Notes: generated by a model not told the origin, from the letters alone. Shown: positions 1 to 13,660, counted from the stretch's first letter. The stretch is 64,000 nucleotides of DNA from Squalus acanthias (GCA_030390025.1 CM059431.1:105836001-105900000); one strand, 5' to 3'. Made by a program: numbers and translations.

Positions 1-210
1 ATTCCAGAGCTTAGGGCCTAGGCAACAGAAGGTACGACCACCAATGGCTGAGTGATTATAATCAGGGATGCTCAAGAGGGCAGAATTAGAGGAGCGCAGA
101 TATCTCGGGGGGTTGTGGGGCTGAAGGAGATTACAGAGATAGGGAGGGGGCGAGGCCACGGAGGGATTTGAAAGTCAAGGATGAGAATTTTGAAATCGAG
201 ATTATGCTGA
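1..210 (-). mobile_element. L2-clade LINE, 3' fragment (continues off the window start)
   Basis: Near-identical to 3175-3380; minus strand encodes the DFKIL motif of the L2 ORF2 C-terminus. Confidence 0.85.
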
Positions 211-2970
211 TAGGGTGAGATGCAGAGGGGTGAGGGGAGGCTCGTGTGGAGCATGGACCAGTTGGGCCGAATGGCCTGTTTCAGTGCCCTAAAATTCTAT
301 GTAATTGCCGATTTGGAAAACAAGAGCATTCTCGGTAATTCTGTCTTCTTCTCAATTTTAAATTTTTGTTTAATTTTTCCAATGTCAATGTTTGCCAAAC
401 CAGAACAGCTATTACAGTATGGGTACCCAGGAGTCTTTTCTATCTTACCACAGCTCATTTGGCACAGTCATCTTGTATAATTCCCAGTAGGCTGGCAATG
501 GGTGCATTATAAATACAATATTGATCTATATGGACATTGTGACCCTAGTCATAAATCCATCTGCAAGTCAATAACCTCTAAGGAGGTGCATTTCCCAATA
601 CAAATATTGCATTTAATTGAATGTAAGATGCTTTTAAAAACTGTGCTCATGGGGATGTGACATTTAGACGTGATAATTCAAACTGGGAAACATTTGCTCC
701 CCGACTCCTGTCAGGTGCACCGTTCTATAGCACTGCTGTCACCAGCGGGATGTTCCTCAACAGACAGTATCTGCGCAGTCCATGCTTTAAATTTGCACAA
801 GTCTTTCTACATGGCGATGTTGCTAAAACATCTGTACAGCCTTTAAAAGTCATCGTAATTGGTCTCTTATGCAAAGAAGGTGATTTTGTGGTCTTTACAG
901 GGGTAGCTGTCAGGGAAAATGAATAGTACAATTTTCACCTTTATGTCGAGGAACTCCATGAATGTAAACTCAGTTACCAAGTCACGTAAGACTTGCTTTC
1001 ACCTCACCTCAACCCCAACCTCGAAACACATGCTCTTGCCTCCTTGCTGAATTTACCAGCGTGGCATTTCCAATCCTCATCATTTCATTTTTCAAACTGC
1101 TCACAGGTTGCACAGTTAATTATAAATTCAAAGGCACTAGGGTGATATGGATTTGTGACAACTGGGAAATGGTTTGAGATTATCGAGATTCTTTCCACTT
1201 GTATCCTTAGCAACCGTTTTAGATGGGGGATTTCTTTTGGTAGAAATTGCCAGACAGGTTCAGTGAAGGACAGGGTGAAGGCTGCACTTCAGTGTTGCTC
1301 ACACTGGAAGAATTTTTACTGTCTGGAACAAAATCTGATTGTTTTCAATGCAGACCAATTAAGATTTGTGCTTGTCCCTGAAAAATATATATTTTTTGAA
1401 AGTGGTACATGCAACACTTTATTCAAAATTATTTTTACGTATTTATCACGCCGAGATATTAAAATGAGAATCCATTCCTCCCTCCCCAAGAGTTCCAAGG
1501 TTTTTATATTCCTGTCTTGGTGGGGCCAACAAAAAAAGGGACGTTGCCATTTTAAATCCAGCACTCTGCCGTGGAAGCTGCAGCAGTCCTGCCTTTCAAT
1601 CCAATCCTATCCTGATGGTCGAGATAAACATCTTCCCTGGTTGCACCCACCACACAATTAACTAACTAATGCTGGTGGTTGTGTAAATAGAATAAGGTGC
1701 TGAACAACCTGCTGTGCAGTTTAAACCAGATAACGCTTTCAACCCCATCAGCAGTTCCTCATTAAACATCGCAAACCTTCTGATGGATACAGCAGCATCT
1801 TTGCAGAACTTCAGTGGGCGTTATTTTTCATTTCCTTCCTACATAGAGATTGTGCTACAAAAAGTAGATAAAGGTATACATGAAATTATTTCTAAGTGCC
1901 CCCCCCCCCCACCCTCTGATGTACTTACTGAATACACAAAATAGAGGATGACTAATATTTGCCTTCCATAATGTATTAATTGTGTAAGGGTTCAGGAAAT
2001 TGGGTGCGCAGTTAGTGCGGGGGTGGAGGGGGAAGCAGTGCTGGAAGGCTGGTAGGAGGTACATCGGTACGTTTCTAATCCCTAGTTGGTGGGCTTGGAG
2101 CAAAGACCTATTTGCTCCCTGAAAACCCTCACTGACTCTCACACCAGCCTGGATCAGATCTCACTTTCACTTGGGGCCTTTGAACACAAAAATAATGATA
2201 ACTAACCTGAAATGTTGATACTATTTGATGCTTTGTAACCAATGGATTCGGGCCTGGGTGTCTCGACGGGAGATCAAAGTGTAAAGGTCTCTTAACTGGT
2301 TTACATTACAATGGCAAATCAGACAGTAAGCCAATTGTGGATTCCCCTTTACCCTAAAGTTTAAGTGTACCTTTGGTATGAGGCACTGACCACCCAACAA
2401 TTAGCTAATTAGAACGTGCCACATGACTGCCAAATTTTCAGCATAAGAACACATTGATTTTCAATCGGCAGACTACCTGAACATAACCTAACTGTACTGT
2501 CTGTCTGGCCTTTTAGTGATTCCTCAGGATCACTTTAATTATGTCTCAGCACTCTTTCTCTCTCTCTCTTCCCCTATCCGTCATCACAAAATAAGCCAAA
2601 CATTTATCCATTGCCACCAACCGATCATCATACTTCTTGAGCCTCAACCTCTGAAGTCTGTGTGCAAATCGAAAATATAACCCTGTTACTTTGAATCAAC
2701 AAGTGTTGTTATTGGGAGTAGGGGGTTGCAGTCTATTGCCATCCACTGGTAACCTCCACTGAACTCCACCAAGTAGGGGTTTCACTGTGAATGGATGGAA
2801 AGAGGAATAAAATGGTTCACTGAGATCCCTTTACCTTAAAATGCACTTCAGAAATTCTTACTGAATTAAGACTAATGTTTGGCAATACTTTCTTTGTAAG
2901 TGCTGTAACTTACGGGAGCATCTACACTGTAGCTGCCAGCCTGAAACTGCTAGCTACAGGTTTGTGTTCC

Positions 2971-4245
2971 AACAACAACAACTTTTATTTATATAGCACC
3001 TTTAATGTCATAAAACATCCCAAGGCGCTTCACAGGAGTGTTATAAAACAAAAAAAAAATGACACCCAGCCACATAAGGAGAAATTAGGACAGATGACCA
3101 AAAGCTTGGTCAAAGAGGTAGGTTTTAAGGAGCGTCTTAAAGGAGGAAAGAGAGGCAGAGAGGTTAAGGCAGGGAATTCCAGAGCTTAGGGCCTAGGCAA
3201 CAGAAGGCACGGCCACCAATGGTTGAGCGATTATAATCAGGGATGCTCAAGAGGGCAGAATTAGAGGAGCGCAGCTATCTCGGGGGGTTGTGGAGCTGGA
3301 GGAGATTACAGAGAGAGGGAGGGATGAGGCCATGGAGGGATTTGAAAACAAGGATGAGAATTTTGAAATTGAGGCGTTGCTTAACCGGGAGCCAATGTAG
3401 GTCAGCGAGCAGAGGGGTGATGGGTGAACAGGACTTGGTGCGAGTTAGGACACGGGCAGCTGAGTTTTGGATGACCTCAAGTTTATGTAGGGTAGAATGT
3501 GGGTGGCCAGCCAGGAGTGCATTGGAATAGTCAAGTCTAGGAGGTAACAAAGGCATGGATGAGGGTTTCAGCAGCAGATGAGCTGAGGCAAGGGCGGAGA
3601 TGGGCGATGTTACGGAGGTGGAAATAGGCGGTCTTAGTTATGCCACGGATATGTGGTCGGAAGCTCATTTCAGGGTCAAATCTGACACCAAGGTTGCAGA
3701 CAGTATGGTTCAGCCTCAGACAGATGTTAGGGAGAGGGATGGATTCAGTGGCTAGGGAACGGAGTTTGTGGCGGGGACCGAAAACCATGGCTTCGATCTT
3801 CCTAATATTTAATTGGAGAAAATTTCTGCTCATCCAGAACTGGATGTCGGACAAGCAGTCTGACAATTTAGAGACCGTGGAGGGGTCGAGAGAAGAGGTG
3901 GTGAGGTAGAGCTGGGTGTCGTCAGTGTACATGTGGAAACTGACGCTGTGTTTTCGGATGATGTCGCCAAGGGGCAGCATGTAGATGAGAAATAGGATGG
4001 GGCCAAGGATAGATCCTTGGGGGACACCAGAGGTAACGATGTGGGAGCAGGAAGAGAAACCATTGCAGGTGATTCTCTGGCTACGATTAGATAGATAAGA
4101 ATGGAACCCGGCGAGTGCAGTCCCACCCAGCGGGATGACGATGGAGAGGCGTTGGAGAAGGATGGAGTGGTCAACCGTGTCAAAGGCTGCAGACAGGTCG
4201 AGAAGGACGAGGAGGGATAGTTTACCTTCGACAAAGTCACAAATG
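2971..4245 (-). mobile_element. 5'-truncated L2 LINE with RT remnant
   Basis: ORFs 3537-4394 and 3275-3556 (-) give LLDLSAAFDTVDH, GVPQGSILGPILF, YTDDTQLY, RLDYSN and LHWLPV; (TTG)n-type tail at 2971. Confidence 0.95.
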
Positions 4246-4321
4246 ATATAATTTGTCATTTTGATGAGAGTTGGACAGAACCCTGTGTACATTGGCTCAC
4301 TAGAATGATCCCATTTAACAA

Positions 4322-4778
4322 AAAGAAAAGAAAGCCTTGCATTTATATAGCGCCTTTCACAACCGGAGGACATCCCAAAGCTCTGTACAGCCAATGAAGT
4401 ACTTTTGAAGTGTAGTCACTGTTGTAATGTAATTCACGCACAACAAGGTCCCACAAACAGCAATGTGATAATAGCCAGATCATCTGTTTTAGTGATGTTG
4501 GTTGAGGGATAAATATTGGCCAGGACACCAGGGTGAACTCCCCCTGCTCTACTTCAAAATACTGCCGTGGGATCTTTTACATCCACGTGAGAGGGCAGAC
4601 GGGGCCTCGGTTCAATGTCTCATCCGAAAGACAGCACTTCTGACACTGCAGCACTCCCTCAGCACTGCACTGGAGTGTCAGCCTAGATTTTGTGCTCAAG
4701 TCACTGGAGTGGAACTTGAACCCACAACCTTCCCGACTCAGAAGCCAGAGTGCTACCAAATAAGCCAAGGCTGACACC
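4322..4778 (-). mobile_element. tRNA-derived DeuSINE (SacSINE1-like)
   Basis: A/B-box tRNA head, Deu-domain-like core (GTCTTTCGGATGAGAC...AAAGATCCCA...GTGTCCTGGCCAA), L2-like tail; several copies in the window. Confidence 0.85.
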
Positions 4779-5122
4779 ATTTACGAAGAACTCTGAGAAC
4801 AGTTAGATATACACACAAGTCTTCCAAAACTAGAAATGTAAATGTTTAGTGTGAGCTGAGGAGGGTGAATTTATGCTCTCAAACACTTAAATTAAGGTTA
4901 GGTAGGTTCCCAAAATTTTGGGGGGTGGTTTACTGGACCTTTTTGAGCTCTTTATGAACTAATTTCCACATCACAGTGCATTTACACTCTTTGCAGTGTC
5001 AAACCAAAGTGTCTTCAGACCACCCCCTCCAGGGTTAGTCTCGCTGTAGTTCACTCTAGATTCAGGTTGAGCCCTGGTTCTACAATGACGCTGCCAGTTT
5101 AGTGCCAAGTAAAACAATTTGT

Positions 5123-5391
5123 CATCTCACCTCTGGTTCTTTTGCCAATTATCTTAAATCTGTGTCCTTTGGTTACCGACCCTCCTGCCACTGGAAACAG
5201 TTTCTCCTTATTTACTTTACGAAAAACCCCTGATAATTTTGAACACCTCTATGAAATCTCCCTTTAAACTTCTCTGCTTTAAGGAGAACAATCCCAGATT
5301 CTCCAGTCTCTCCAAGTCACTGAAGTCCATCATCCCTGGTACCATTCTAGTAAATCTCCTCTGCACCATCTCCAAGGCCTTGAGATCCTAA
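5123..5391 (-). mobile_element. CR1 LINE fragment
   Basis: Reverse complement of the CR1 ORF2 C-terminus; similar to 31560-32140. Confidence 0.8.
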
Positions 5392-6049
5392 TATACGGCA
5401 ATTTTCTACGTGGATCAGTTTTACACTTTAACAGGACTCAGTGTATTTGCTGTATACTTTTTAAAGTTTCTTTTACACGGATCCAGTTTTGAACAGTAAT
5501 TGAACTGTGCAACATTAGTGGAGATTTGGTAGAGAGTCGTTTAACAGCCATAATGGGGAAAACCGAAGCCGAGGAGAATTTCTTGTGACTATGTAGCGCG
5601 TACGCTAGCGGAAGAGGGTGACTTGTAATGAGAGCCTAAGGCTTGAAAAGTTGTTGTCTTTCTGAGCTGTCAGACAATTAATTTAATGTTTTGTTAATAA
5701 AATCACAGCGGGGTTGTGGCGTCTAATGTAGTCCTGAGAACTGCTGAGACTCAAACAGCTAAATTGAGCAAGCAAATCCGGAAATGAATGAGAGTCATAT
5801 GTAAAAAATGACTCCACTGACACCTGCGGTGAACTAATACATTTTACTTATTTAGAAAAATAATTTGATAGTGATAAAATTAGGCCTGGGAACAGGCAGG
5901 AGTGGATACTTCATTTATATTAGCTTTGGAGGTCACTGAGATGAATCGAATATAAATTCTGTGCACGCCAAGATGTGTCTGAATGCTTCCCCTTTTCTCT
6001 CTGTTTCACAGGGCAATGATCACTTTTTTTTTACAAGAGAATTTTTTTT

Positions 6050-6276
6050 TTAAACAGCGAGCTGTTGTGATCTGAAAGGCGCTGCCTGAAAGGGCGGTGG
6101 AAGCAGATACAATCGTAACTTTCAAAGGGGAATTGGATAAATACTTGAAAAGGAGAAATTTGCAGGGCTACGGGGAGAGAGCAGGGGGGAGTGGGACTAA
6201 TTGGAGAGCTCTTTCAAAGAACCGGCACAGGCACGATGGGCCAAACAGGCCCCTCCTGCGCTACATGATTCTAGGA
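6050..6276 (+). mobile_element. CR1 LINE 3' end
   Basis: VEADTIVTFKGELDKYL followed by the CR1 3' UTR hairpin and tail. Confidence 0.85.
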
Positions 6277-6332
6277 TTCATTTTGTTTTGCTTGATTTGC
6301 TGAACAAATAATAAATAAGGCAGAATGAAAAA

Positions 6333-6785
6333 TCATAGTCATAGAGTCATAACAGCACAGAAGGAGGCCATTCAGCCCATCGAGTCCTGTGCCGGCTCTC
6401 TGTCGAGCAATCCAGTCAGTCCCATTCCCCCGCTCTATCCCCGTAGCCCTGCAAGTTTATTTCCCTCAAGTGCCTATCCAGTCTCCCCTTGAAAACACTG
6501 AGTGTCTCCGCTTCCACCACTTCCATCGGCAGCGAGTTCCAGGTTCTCACCACTTGCTGCGTTAAAAAGTTTTTCCTCACATCCCCCCTGTATCTCTTGC
6601 CCAAAATCTTTAATCTGTGTCCTCTAGTCCCAGAACCATTAACTAGTGGGAACAGCCTTTCCCGTCTAAACCCGTCAAAATCTTGTACACCTCTATCAAA
6701 TCACCCCTCAATCTCCTTTGCTCTAATGAAAACAAATCCAGCTTCTCCAACCTGTCCTTGCAGCTAAGATCCCCCATCCTCAGAA
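6333..6785 (-). mobile_element. CR1 LINE 3' fragment
   Basis: RKNFLTQQVVRTWNSLP...VFKGRLD motif (ORF 6416-6604). Confidence 0.85.
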
Positions 6786-6789
6786 CTCC

Positions 6790-6955
6790 TGGAATCCTGA
6801 AACTCCCTACCTAACAGCACTGTGACAGTACCTTCACCACATGGACTGCAGCGGTTCAAGGCGGCGGCTCACCACCACCTTCTCAAGGGCAACTAGGGAT
6901 GAGCAATAAATGCTGGCCTTGCCAGCGACGCCCACATCCCACATTCGAATTTTAA
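6790..6955 (+). mobile_element. 3' tail of the tRNA-headed LINE family (cf. 23197-25275)
   Basis: Near-identical to 25118-25265. Confidence 0.85.
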
Positions 6956-7381
6956 AAAAGAACCATTCGAAAGCTTGCCCATTTTTATCCCCTGTTGATA
7001 GAAACCCTGATTCAAGTGTAACATTCCTTGGCAAAGTAATTACACATGATTAGGAGTCGACTGTACTTGAAACTAACTGAGATTAGATAGACAGTCGCAC
7101 AAGAAAATTCTCAAGTTCACTTCAAGGAAAGGATAAGGCCACAGGTAAGTGCTACCAATGATAAATACTTGCCTCTACGTCACAGTCATTTACTTTTAAA
7201 TGTAAGTTTTACTTCTTTAAAGATAATCATATTTTCAGTGATGCCCCTCCAGTCATCATCCACTTTGCTGAGAGAGTACTGAAGTAGCTGGACTGGGGTG
7301 ACAGGAATCGGGCTTGCTCATTGACAGTGGTGTCTTCAGAAACTGATCTTTGCTCATCTGTGCGGTTTTTATGGCTGCATA

Positions 7382-7949
7382 TATTGACACCGCTATTCCC
7401 GGCCAGAATGGAGGTGAGTGGACAACTCCCCACTCCCCCCTCCGCCCCCCCCACCCCCCGTCAATCACGCCTGGAGACCGCACTGCTGCAAGTGACTGGG
7501 ATTGATTTTGTGCACATAATTTGTATTCTGTAACTATCCTCCGCTCACTGCATTTTGCTGGTGAAATAACCTTGCTTTTCTCGGGAGACTTCGCTGTAGT
7601 TTCGGTCATGAGCTCTGTTTGCTGTGACTCGTAGAGACTCGTTTTTAAAATAGACTCTGTAGACTGTTTGCTGTAGTGTGCTGTTTACATAGACTCTGTT
7701 TGCTGTAAAATAGAGAAGTCGCACAACACCAGGTTATAGTCCAACAGTTTTATTTGAAATCACAAGCTGTTGGACTATAACCTGGTGTTGTGCGACTTCT
7801 CACTTTTGTCCACCCCAGTCCAACACCGGCATCTCCGCATCATGCTGTAAAATAGACTGTTTGCTGTGAGTCCTGCCGTAAGTCCCGCCCAACGTCCAAC
7901 TCTTTGACTGACACAGTGCAACTCGTTGGCTGACACAGTGGTGTCAATA
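7382..7949. mobile_element. Non-autonomous TIR element (MITE) carrying a mini-Penelope insertion
   Basis: Ends TATTGACACC / GGTGTCAATA; paralogous copy at 30549-30833. Confidence 0.75.
7715..7842. mobile_element. Miniature Penelope-like terminal hairpin insertion
   Basis: 14-bp TSD TGCTGTAAAATAGA (7701-7714 / 7843-7856); perfect 35-bp inverted repeat; same family as 17571-17769. Confidence 0.8.
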
Positions 7950-8444
7950 GACACTCTGGTGTTTCGCTTTCCACCGAGTATCTGCTGAATGGAACACTGG
8001 CTGTGCGTGGAGTTAGCTGGCACGTTGAGAAACAATCGGGACCTCCCTGTGAACTGAGGAACTGAAAGTGTTTGCAGAGTGTGCGTGGGGATGAAAGGTC
8101 TGGAAATGGCTACAGTACGCGTGGATGTTTCTTGGAAACTTGTGTAGCCAGCCTGACTGAGTCTTTCTACATTCAAGAGTTACAAAGCATCTCTCTCAGT
8201 TAAATACCATGGATTAGGGGAGGGGTGGGAAGAGATGCCTAGAATATAAAGCCAGACCAAATTTTTACAAATGTGCCAACTTGTAAATCTAGCGTAAAGG
8301 TAACAACCAGCTTCGAAAATGCTGGCACAGCCCAAATAAGCTGACAGCTATAATAAACAACAATCAACTCAGACACTGTCCTGAATATAGGCCGATGACC
8401 ATGGCAACAGCTTTCCAGTGACTGAATGACAAAGTCTGTTTTAT

Positions 8445-8615
8445 GACATGAGGTGAGATTGAACAGGCTGGGGCTTTTTTCTCTAGAAAAGGGAAGACTG
8501 AGAGGTGACCTAATAGAGGTCTTTAAAATTATGAAGGGGTTTGATCGAGTAGATGTAGAGAGGATGCTTCCACTCATGGGGGGAGTCCAAAACTAGGGGC
8601 CATAAATATAAGATA
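8445..8615 (+). mobile_element. CR1 LINE fragment
   Basis: LGLFSLEK.RLRGDLIEVFKIMKG motif on the plus strand. Confidence 0.8.
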
Positions 8616-8616
8616 A

Positions 8617-8860
8617 TGGCCCAGATATTCCGATCCCTATGGGTGGGTACGCGCTGTGTACCCACCCGTAGGGACATCAGAAATGCCGGTTTCAGGCATG
8701 CACAGCGCAAGCGCTGAAAACCGGCATTTCCGATCTGTCAAGAATGCTCTTGACAGATCCTCCGGCTGCCCTGGAGAAGGGCCTCTGCGGGCGGTAGTTC
8801 AGCTTTTTGGAGACCCTCTGCCCGCAGAAAACCCTTACAATTCTTACGCCTTGCCTGTGA
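8617..8860. mobile_element. Truncated Harbinger-type MITE (same family as 11120-11878)
   Basis: Left end GGCCCAGATATTCCGATCCC; high similarity to 11120-11355. Confidence 0.75.
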
Positions 8861-9272
8861 CTTGTGAAAATAAGCAGTTACACTCTGAGTGTGTGGAACA
8901 TGAGTTGTTTTGGAAAGAAAAACTGAAGTATGCAAAAGTGCTTTTTTTTGGCGGTTCTGGATTTAGAAATTTCTGAATGGGGACATGAGTATTAATAGCA
9001 TCTTTAGGTAGTTTGCGAGGTTGGCACGCCCTCCCTGGAAATGTAGATTCTTCTTTCTTTACAATTTTGGTGCATATTCCAGCATGTTTTGATCGACTGT
9101 GATTCTGCCTTTCAAACCTGTAAATAATTTCTCCTGGAAGCTTTACAGATACTTAAAATATTTTTAAATAGTAGTTGTTAACAAGTTACAATTGACTTGT
9201 ACGATTAGAAGGTAATGCATAGTGAAAGCAAGCCTGCAGGTATGCTTGCACAATAGGTCACTGTTGTAAAAA

Positions 9273-9386
9273 CATAAGAACATAAGAAATAGGAGCAGGA
9301 GTAGGCCAATCGGCCCCTCGAGCCTGCCCCGCCATTCAATAAGATCATGGCTGATCTGATCTTGTCCTCAACGCCACTTTCCCGCA
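9273..9386 (-). mobile_element. CR1 3' UTR fragment
   Basis: (CATAAGAA)n tail and terminal hairpin. Confidence 0.8.
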
Positions 9387-9696
9387 CGCGTAATAATGTA
9401 AATAACACTGGGCCATAGGCTTATTTCTAACATCATAAAATTACTAAAATAGATGGGCAAATAACATTGGCAAGACTATAACAATTTGTATTTTTATCGC
9501 ACTTCTTATGTGCATGATTCAACGCCTTTTACAGTAAGTAGGGAAAAACATAACAATCATTGATGTACTTTACTTTTCAATGACGGAAAAAGTTTCCCTA
9601 ACTGAATCCACCTTGTGATGACTGACTCTCCCTCGAGCTGGGTCTAGCTGTAGGGCTTTCCACCCTGCATGGTTCCACACCAATTGATGTTAGAAA

Positions 9697-9822
9697 TGTG
9701 TGTGTGCGTGATTGTGTGTGCATGCATGATTATGTTTGTGTGTGTGTGTACATGTGTGTGCGTGCATGTGCGGGTGTGCATGTACATGTTGGTGCGAGCG
9801 TGCGTGCATGTGCGTTGCATGT
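9697..9822. repeat. Degenerate (TG/TGCG/CATG)n microsatellite
   Basis: Alternating purine-pyrimidine tract; resumes at ~10180-10215 after an L2 insertion. Confidence 0.9.
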
Positions 9823-9832
9823 ATCCATCACT

Positions 9833-10180
9833 GTAACCTATCTGTGTAACCTCCTCCAGCCCTACGAGCCTACAAAATCTCTGCCCTCCTCCAATTCTGG
9901 CCTCTTGTGCATCCCAGATTTTAAACGCTCCACCATTGGCAGTCGCGGTTTCAGCTGTCTAGGCCCTAAGCTCTGGTACTCCCTCCCTAAACCTCTCCAC
10001 CTCTCTCTCCTCCTTTAAGATGCTCCTTAAAAACTACCTCTTTGACCAAGCTTTTGGTCGTCTGTCCAGATATCTCCTTCTGTGGCTTGGAGTCAAAAAT
10101 GTTTTCATTGCTCTTGCTCAGCGTTTGGGACGTTTTGCTACGTTAAAGGCGCTATATAAATACAAGTTGTGGTTGTTGCT
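9833..10180 (+). mobile_element. L2 LINE 3' end
   Basis: YLCNLLQPY..., LWYSLP, LKNYLFDQAF; AAATACAAGTTG tail. Confidence 0.9.
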
Positions 10181-11119
10181 GTGTGCGTTGCATGTGCATG
10201 TGAGTGTCTGTCTGTAAATCCCCCAGGCTCTGTCCTAATGGCATTCATTCTGTGGGACACAGCATATTAACTGCAAGTGGGCCATCATGGCAAGGTGGTG
10301 CAATCAAGAGCACTTCCCAGGAGGGAGGGGCGGAAAGCTGGCTGGAGCTGCATGTGAATTCAAATCAATCGCATCCGCCTTCAAATCGTAATTACAGTGC
10401 TATTGTCAGAAGCATTTGAAAAGGCTGGCCGTGTAATCTTCTGACTGGAAAGAAGCACGGTCTGGGAGAGAAGGTGCAACAAAGGACAAACTGAAAAAAA
10501 TAATGAAAAAAAAAGCCAAAGAACTGTGCAACCTCTATTCTTGCAGTGGCGACTTTGTTGATATTGCGTATGGAACAAGCTATCAACCCAAACAGTAACC
10601 GTAACCTCTCAAATATCACCTCCTCTTTGCACCCACTGCAAGCAATCAACCTGGCATTCACTGTGAAATCCATTTGTTGAAGGTTTTATTTGTCTAAATT
10701 TTAAATAAAAACTGCCGGGCACATTGTTGGACACAAGTTTGACTCCTCACCCTATTAAGTTCCTAATCTCAGCCGTGTTGCTCTGGGAGATGCAGGCTCC
10801 CTGCTTGTTGCCTTCTCTTAGGAAAGGAAGGGAAATGAAAGTTAACTCCAAGGTGCTTTCTAGTGCCATTTGGCGGATAGTCCACAGCAGCTTTGGGGGG
10901 GACGGGGGAGGGGGGGGGGTGGTGGGTCACTGGAAAACAGGGGAGTAAATCCTAAACCCATTCTTTACAATTTTGCCATGCCACGTGCACAGAGGAAATC
11001 TTCCCCACGAGCTGCAAAAAATGAGTGAGCAATTCTACCGATCTTGGATAATAATAATTCCTCCTTAAAGAATGTACGTTGTTGTAAAATACCTACCTAA
11101 AGTAACAACTGAACATGTG

Positions 11120-11878
11120 GGGCCGTATATTCCGATCCCTATGGGTGTGTACGAGCTGTGTACACACCCGTAGGGACATCGGAAATGCTGGTTTCAGGCA
11201 TGCACTGCGCATGTGCTGAAAACCGAAATTTCTGATCTGTCAAGAATGCTCTTGACAGATCGCCGCCTGCCCTGGAGAAGGGCCTCTGCGGGTGGAGAGT
11301 TCTGCTTTCTGGAGACCCTCCACCCGCAGAAAACCCTTAGAAATCTTACGCCTGGTAAAAGCAGGTGTAAGGTCTGCTTTTACCAGGATTAGAGTGGAAA
11401 AAAAAGTTAAAAATTTTTTTTTCACTCATTCAGCTTTTTTATAATACTTTAAAAAAAAGTTAAGTTTATTTTTAGCCCCGTAAAAAACTTCAATTATTTT
11501 TTTCAAAAAATTACATTTTTGTTTAAAATATTTAATTTATTGTCATTTCAACTCATTTTAAAAATGTGATTTAAAAAAAAATATATTTAATGTTTTAGTG
11601 TGTTTTTGGGGTGATCTCCATTCATATATTTGACAGGTCTACCTGTCAAGTGTATGAAGGGAGATTCCCTTCTCCTATTGGCTCCCCATGGCCCACGTGA
11701 TCCCAGGGATGCTGCGAACTACATGCGCCCCCGGGATACGTGGGCCCCGCACATTTCGAGTTTGCAGAGGCCCAGGAGCGGAAATGTCCGGACCTCGGGA
11801 GTCCTCAGGTAAGTCCATAGATTTTTTCTAGATCGGAGGCCTCCGCATGCAGGAAGCCTCCGATCGGAAAATAGGCCC
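11120..11878. mobile_element. Harbinger/PIF-type MITE (~760 bp)
   Basis: Imperfect TIRs GGGCCGTATATTCCGATC / GATCGGAAAATAGGCCC; GC-rich subterminal regions around an AT-rich core. Confidence 0.75.
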
Positions 11879-12015
11879 ATTATATACACAAGATATATAC
11901 AAGGGTTTGATGGTTACTGAAAAATAATAGTGGGTTAGGTGGGCTTGGTGGGCTACTAATTTAGGAGTCAATCACCTAATTCTTCTGTGAGCTACTCAGT
12001 CCCTTTAGGTATCCC

Positions 12016-12762
12016 GGGGTAAAGGTTCTACTTTGGGCGCAATCAGCAATCCGGCCACAAATTGCGCTAGTATTTTCCAAATTGATTTTACGTTTCACGT
12101 TTCCGCTTAAACTCATTTGCATAATCACAAACGTATAATCATCCATTAACCAGCGCAATTGGGCAGCGTTTTAGAATGTAATTTTTTTTTTGCATTAAAA
12201 AAATTCCTTGATATATTTAAGAGCGGTAAACCTGGTGCAGTTTGATTAATACAGCTGAAAATGGGTTTATCACCAAAAAAAAATAAGCATTTTAATCAGA
12301 GCGTCTAGTCCACCACCTGTGAGTCACCTGATTTTAAATAACTGAAAATGACTTTAAAAAACGATACGGAACCATTTACAAATTTCATTGGGGTACAGTA
12401 GTCAGTTTCTGAGTCAATTAAATTATTTTTTTAATATTTAAAAACTTTCAAAACGTGCCGACTAGTGCCTTTGCGCCTTAAAAAAGAACCTTCATTTGAA
12501 GAGCCTCCACGAAGGGTCTTCGAGCTCAATGGGCGGAAATTCGCTGTGCTCATTAATTCGATCTGGGGGCGTGGCCAGTTTTGTGGGCGGGGCCGGCATC
12601 CAGGGCAATTTTTTTTAAACCAGCGCAAAAGATCGCGGATACCCGATTTGCGCTGGACGCAATGTGCGCTTGAAATTACGCGATCTTTTGCGCTGATTTG
12701 GCTGATTTCAGGCAAATTACGCTGTAAATACCAACGCAACCTAACGGAAACTCTAACCCCCC
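12016..12762. mobile_element. Harbinger-type MITE
   Basis: Imperfect TIRs GGGGTAAAGGTTC / GAAACTCTAACCCC; CpG-rich ends; related sequence at ~25335-25880. Confidence 0.6.
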
Positions 12763-12929
12763 TACAATTATCCATTCAAAAGTACAGGTCTACTCAATGC
12801 CCCCCCCCCCCCCCCAGCCCCCCGTTTTCCAATTTCTCTCTCTCTTTCTCTTTCCCTCTCTCTCTATCCTGGCATCTTTATTCCATCCTCTGAGCTTGAT
12901 TTGAAGGACCAGAGACAAAGGGAGTTCTA

Positions 12930-13482
12930 CGCACTCCCACATTCCACCCTACGTAAACTCGAGGTCATCCAAAACTTGGCTGCCCGTGTCCTGACTCGCA
13001 CTAAGTCCCGTTTGCCCATCACCCCTGTGCTCGCTGACCTACATTGGCTCCCCGTTAAGCAGCGCCTCGATTTCAAAATTCTCATCCTTGTTTTCAAATC
13101 CTTCCCTGGCCTCGTCCCTCCCTATCTCTGTAATCTCCTTCAGCCCCACAACCCCCCCGAGATATCTGCGCTCCTCTAATTCTGCCCTCTTGAGCATCCC
13201 TGATTATAATCGCTCAACCATTGGTGGCCGTGCCTTCTGTTGCCAAGGCCCTGAGCTCTGGAATTCCCCGCCTAAACCTCTCCACCTCTCGACCTCTCTT
13301 TCCTCCTTTAAGACTCTCCTTAAAACCTACCTCTTTGACCGAGCTTTTGGTCACCTGCCCCAATTTATCCTTATGTGGCTCGGTGTCAAATTTTTTGTCT
13401 TATAATACTCTGTGAAGCGCCTTGGGATGTTTTACTACGTTAAAGGCGCTATATAAATACAAGTGGTTGTAGATGTTGTTGT
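12930..13482 (+). mobile_element. L2 LINE 3' fragment
   Basis: KLEVIQNLAARVLTRTK, LHWLPVKQRLDFKIL and FKTLLKTYLF motifs. Confidence 0.92.
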
Positions 13483-13660
13483 ACCTGTGCTGAGGGCCAC
13501 ACCTGGGGAAGAAGGGCAGAGTGAATCCAAAGTGCCCACTGGGTTGCATCATGCTATACATCAATCTCGCAATTAGCATGTGAAAATGTAAATTTGGTAC
13601 TGCGTTTACGTCTGGAATAAAAGATTGATAAGCTGAAGAAACTGATTTATTAAAAAGGTA

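Noticed and set aside
725..907. Possible terminal coding exon on the minus strand (acceptor TTTTCCCTGACAG, then ATPVKTTKSPSLHKR...TAVL*)
   Set aside because: No recognisable protein family and no supportable upstream exons; ORFs of this length occur by chance.
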